Shown piece by piece: positions 62,038 through 64,000 of a stretch of DNA of 64,000 nt. Both the position numbers and the translations under genes were made by a program. Source of the stretch: Saccostrea echinata (lineage: Eukaryota); NCBI RefSeq assembly GCF_033153115.1, contig NW_026889803.1, positions 16,306,001 through 16,370,000 of the forward strand. Direction: 5' to 3'. Positions within the stretch are counted from its first letter, which is position 1. The number at the start of each line of letters is the position of its first letter. The notes under the pieces were generated by a model. That model searched no databases and was not told where the DNA came from. It worked only from the letters and a program-made list of their open reading frames with translations.

Positions 62038-63933
62038 TGATAAAAACTGAAGTATTTTTTCAGAGCAGAATCCCAGTGAACTACTATTTTAGAAAATACT
62101 TGTTTTTGATAGAAAGGAGAATTTATAAAGCACTCGTTTTATAAACATTTTTGTCATTAGAATAATGTCAATCCTCGGCTACGTTAGGAAAGGCTTGAGT
62201 TCTCATTCTTGGTGCACTGTATGGGAAGTTTAATTGTGACGTTATTGAAAATTTTAACAATTGACAAAAATCAATTTAACCACATGATGATGCGTAAATA
62301 ACAACTTGACTTCATTTATTTTATTAATTATTTATAAAATCATGTAAAATAACAACATTCGATAACAATACTGCCGAGTAAAAAAGGAGAAAATCTCTCG
62401 TCATAATTGAACTCACCAGCCTTGACATGATGCAGTAAAATTGATCCAGAGGCGTAGATTCACTGGTTTAATAATTACAAAAATGCTTAAATAATTATAA
62501 AACCATCGCCATTTTTTAAATCTTATTATTTAAACTAACAGAAAATAATTTATTTAAATCAATTATTTAGATAATCAATTTATCTAGTCTCTATGGAGAT
62601 GCAAAGCGACAAGGAATGTAAAAAATACTGCTAATACAATAAGCCTAATTTACATCAAAAGTGCAAGGATGTAGACTAGCCTGTTTGAGCTGAAATATGG
62701 AATAGCAATTGCTTATATAGTGTAAGTTTTAAAAAAAGTGCTGCTTTGGAGCTGATGCTGGTCTGCATAACATTATTTTTATTTATAACAAAATTTTAGC
62801 GAAGTAGGAATTTTTAGCTATTGTACTCATTTTAGGCAAACTTACCAGTACTTCTCAAACAGCAAACTAGCTCAAACTAGCTCTTAGCTCTTTTCGTGTA
62901 TAAGATTAAAACTTTCTTAATGTGCATATTTTTTTCCCCCAAAAACATGCGTATGCCCTTGAACTAGCCTCATTTTCTACGTTCAGCTTAAAATTTTTTA
63001 TACCAGTCACGTGATATGCAGCTGATACATACGATATAACTGGTATTCAGTACGGCACAGACCTATCCATTACGGATATCTATATTATCTTTCCTATATG
63101 TATACAGTTGCTTTGTTATAAAGATTTTTTAAAGAAAATAATACATATCAAGAAAGTACTAAGATCGCATTTTCCATTTCGGTCCTTAACATAGCTGAGT
63201 CATGAAAAGCGTATATATTTAAACAACTTGTCCTCATTTATAAAGCGTATTGTTGTAGTGACTTGGCAAAAATGTATGACACAGTTATAATTAAATTATT
63301 ATTATTAAATATATGCTTTGTGCAATATTTAGTATCGTATTCAGATTGGCGCGCATAGCCAATCGAATACAACCGGTTTTGCAGGTGTGCGAGAGCCATA
63401 TGCGAATGTTTTGTACAGGTGAATTTCTATTTTTTTTTTTTTTTTTTTTTTTTTTTGCATTCCTGTACATGTACGTGTGAATAACCAGTGACCTACCATG
63501 GACCAATGGATTTCACTATACTAATTTTTATGCATGTTTTTACTAACTCGTGCACTATACAAAGTAAGAGACCCGCCCAATCACCCACCCAAAGCTTTTG
63601 TGCCTTTACGGTAACAGATCACGTATTTGTTATACCTCAGATCGCTTCAATCGAACACTGTATATCATTATACTGGATGCCTGGTAAGATGTTCATTGAT
63701 CTTGTAATTCATTTACACGGTGTAGTACCTAAACGGTTGCTATCAGAAAAAATGCGCGTACATTACTGCTATCCAAAAACTGTGCGGTTGCTATTGGAAA
63801 AAAATGGACGAAATTGTAAGTATTTTTCTTCGCTGGCTCAATAAAATGGACAATAACTCAATTATCAAAGTTTAGCTGCTTATTATTTCACCCTTACGGA
63901 ACGTAAAATACCTTTTAAAACTAACACGTATCT

Positions 63934-64000
63934 CTTTTTTAGCTCTATTGGTCAGAGACCAGAAGAGCTTATGCGATAGTAAGGCGTCCGTCGTCCGTCT
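63934..64000. mobile_element. Start of another HINE-like element (runs off the window)
   Basis: tttttagctct..tggtcagagacca..agagct hairpin followed by (cgtc)n, as at 29773. Confidence 0.6.

Noticed and set aside
59450-63930. Possible further host gene (ORFs 59775..60074, 63488..63844)
   Set aside because: No recognisable motifs, family homology or consistent splice structure could be found.

Overview
This is AT-rich, intron-containing animal DNA. The repeat repertoire (tRNA-derived SINEs, Helentron-type non-autonomous elements with tandem repeats and GACA microsatellites, Kolobok/MULE MITEs, many TACATGTA motifs) looks like a bivalve, probably an oyster; that assignment is inference. The only host genes are a tandem array on the + strand of a small 4-exon gene family that the ORF track largely misses. 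Each gene encodes a signal peptide (exon 1), a highly variable Arg/Tyr/Ser-rich ectodomain of about 20-30 aa (exon 2), one TM helix ending in a Cys cluster (exon 3), and a Pro/Tyr-rich tail with a conserved QYNTAFQYG motif and PPxY motifs (exon 4). This resembles the CYYR1/WBP1/VOPP1/Shisa-like architecture but lacks the Cys-rich ectodomain. Two copies splice into intact ORFs (9605-13130, 189 aa; 14929-18765, 184 aa). At least five more are pseudogenes or relics (5.5-7.9 kb, 20.6 kb, 35.8-44.9 kb, 52.1 kb, 56.0 kb), and there is an orphan 3' flank at 32.3 kb. Three copies share a C/EBP-kB-ETS-TATA-like proximal promoter. The array is broken up by transposons: a decayed BEL/Pao LTR element containing a nested stack of DNA elements, a truncated Ngaro-type tyrosine-recombinase retrotransposon, pogo and Tc1 relics, Naiad-type Penelope fragments, SINEs and MITEs. 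There is one N gap (8267-8444). All calls are from manual reading; no searches were run.
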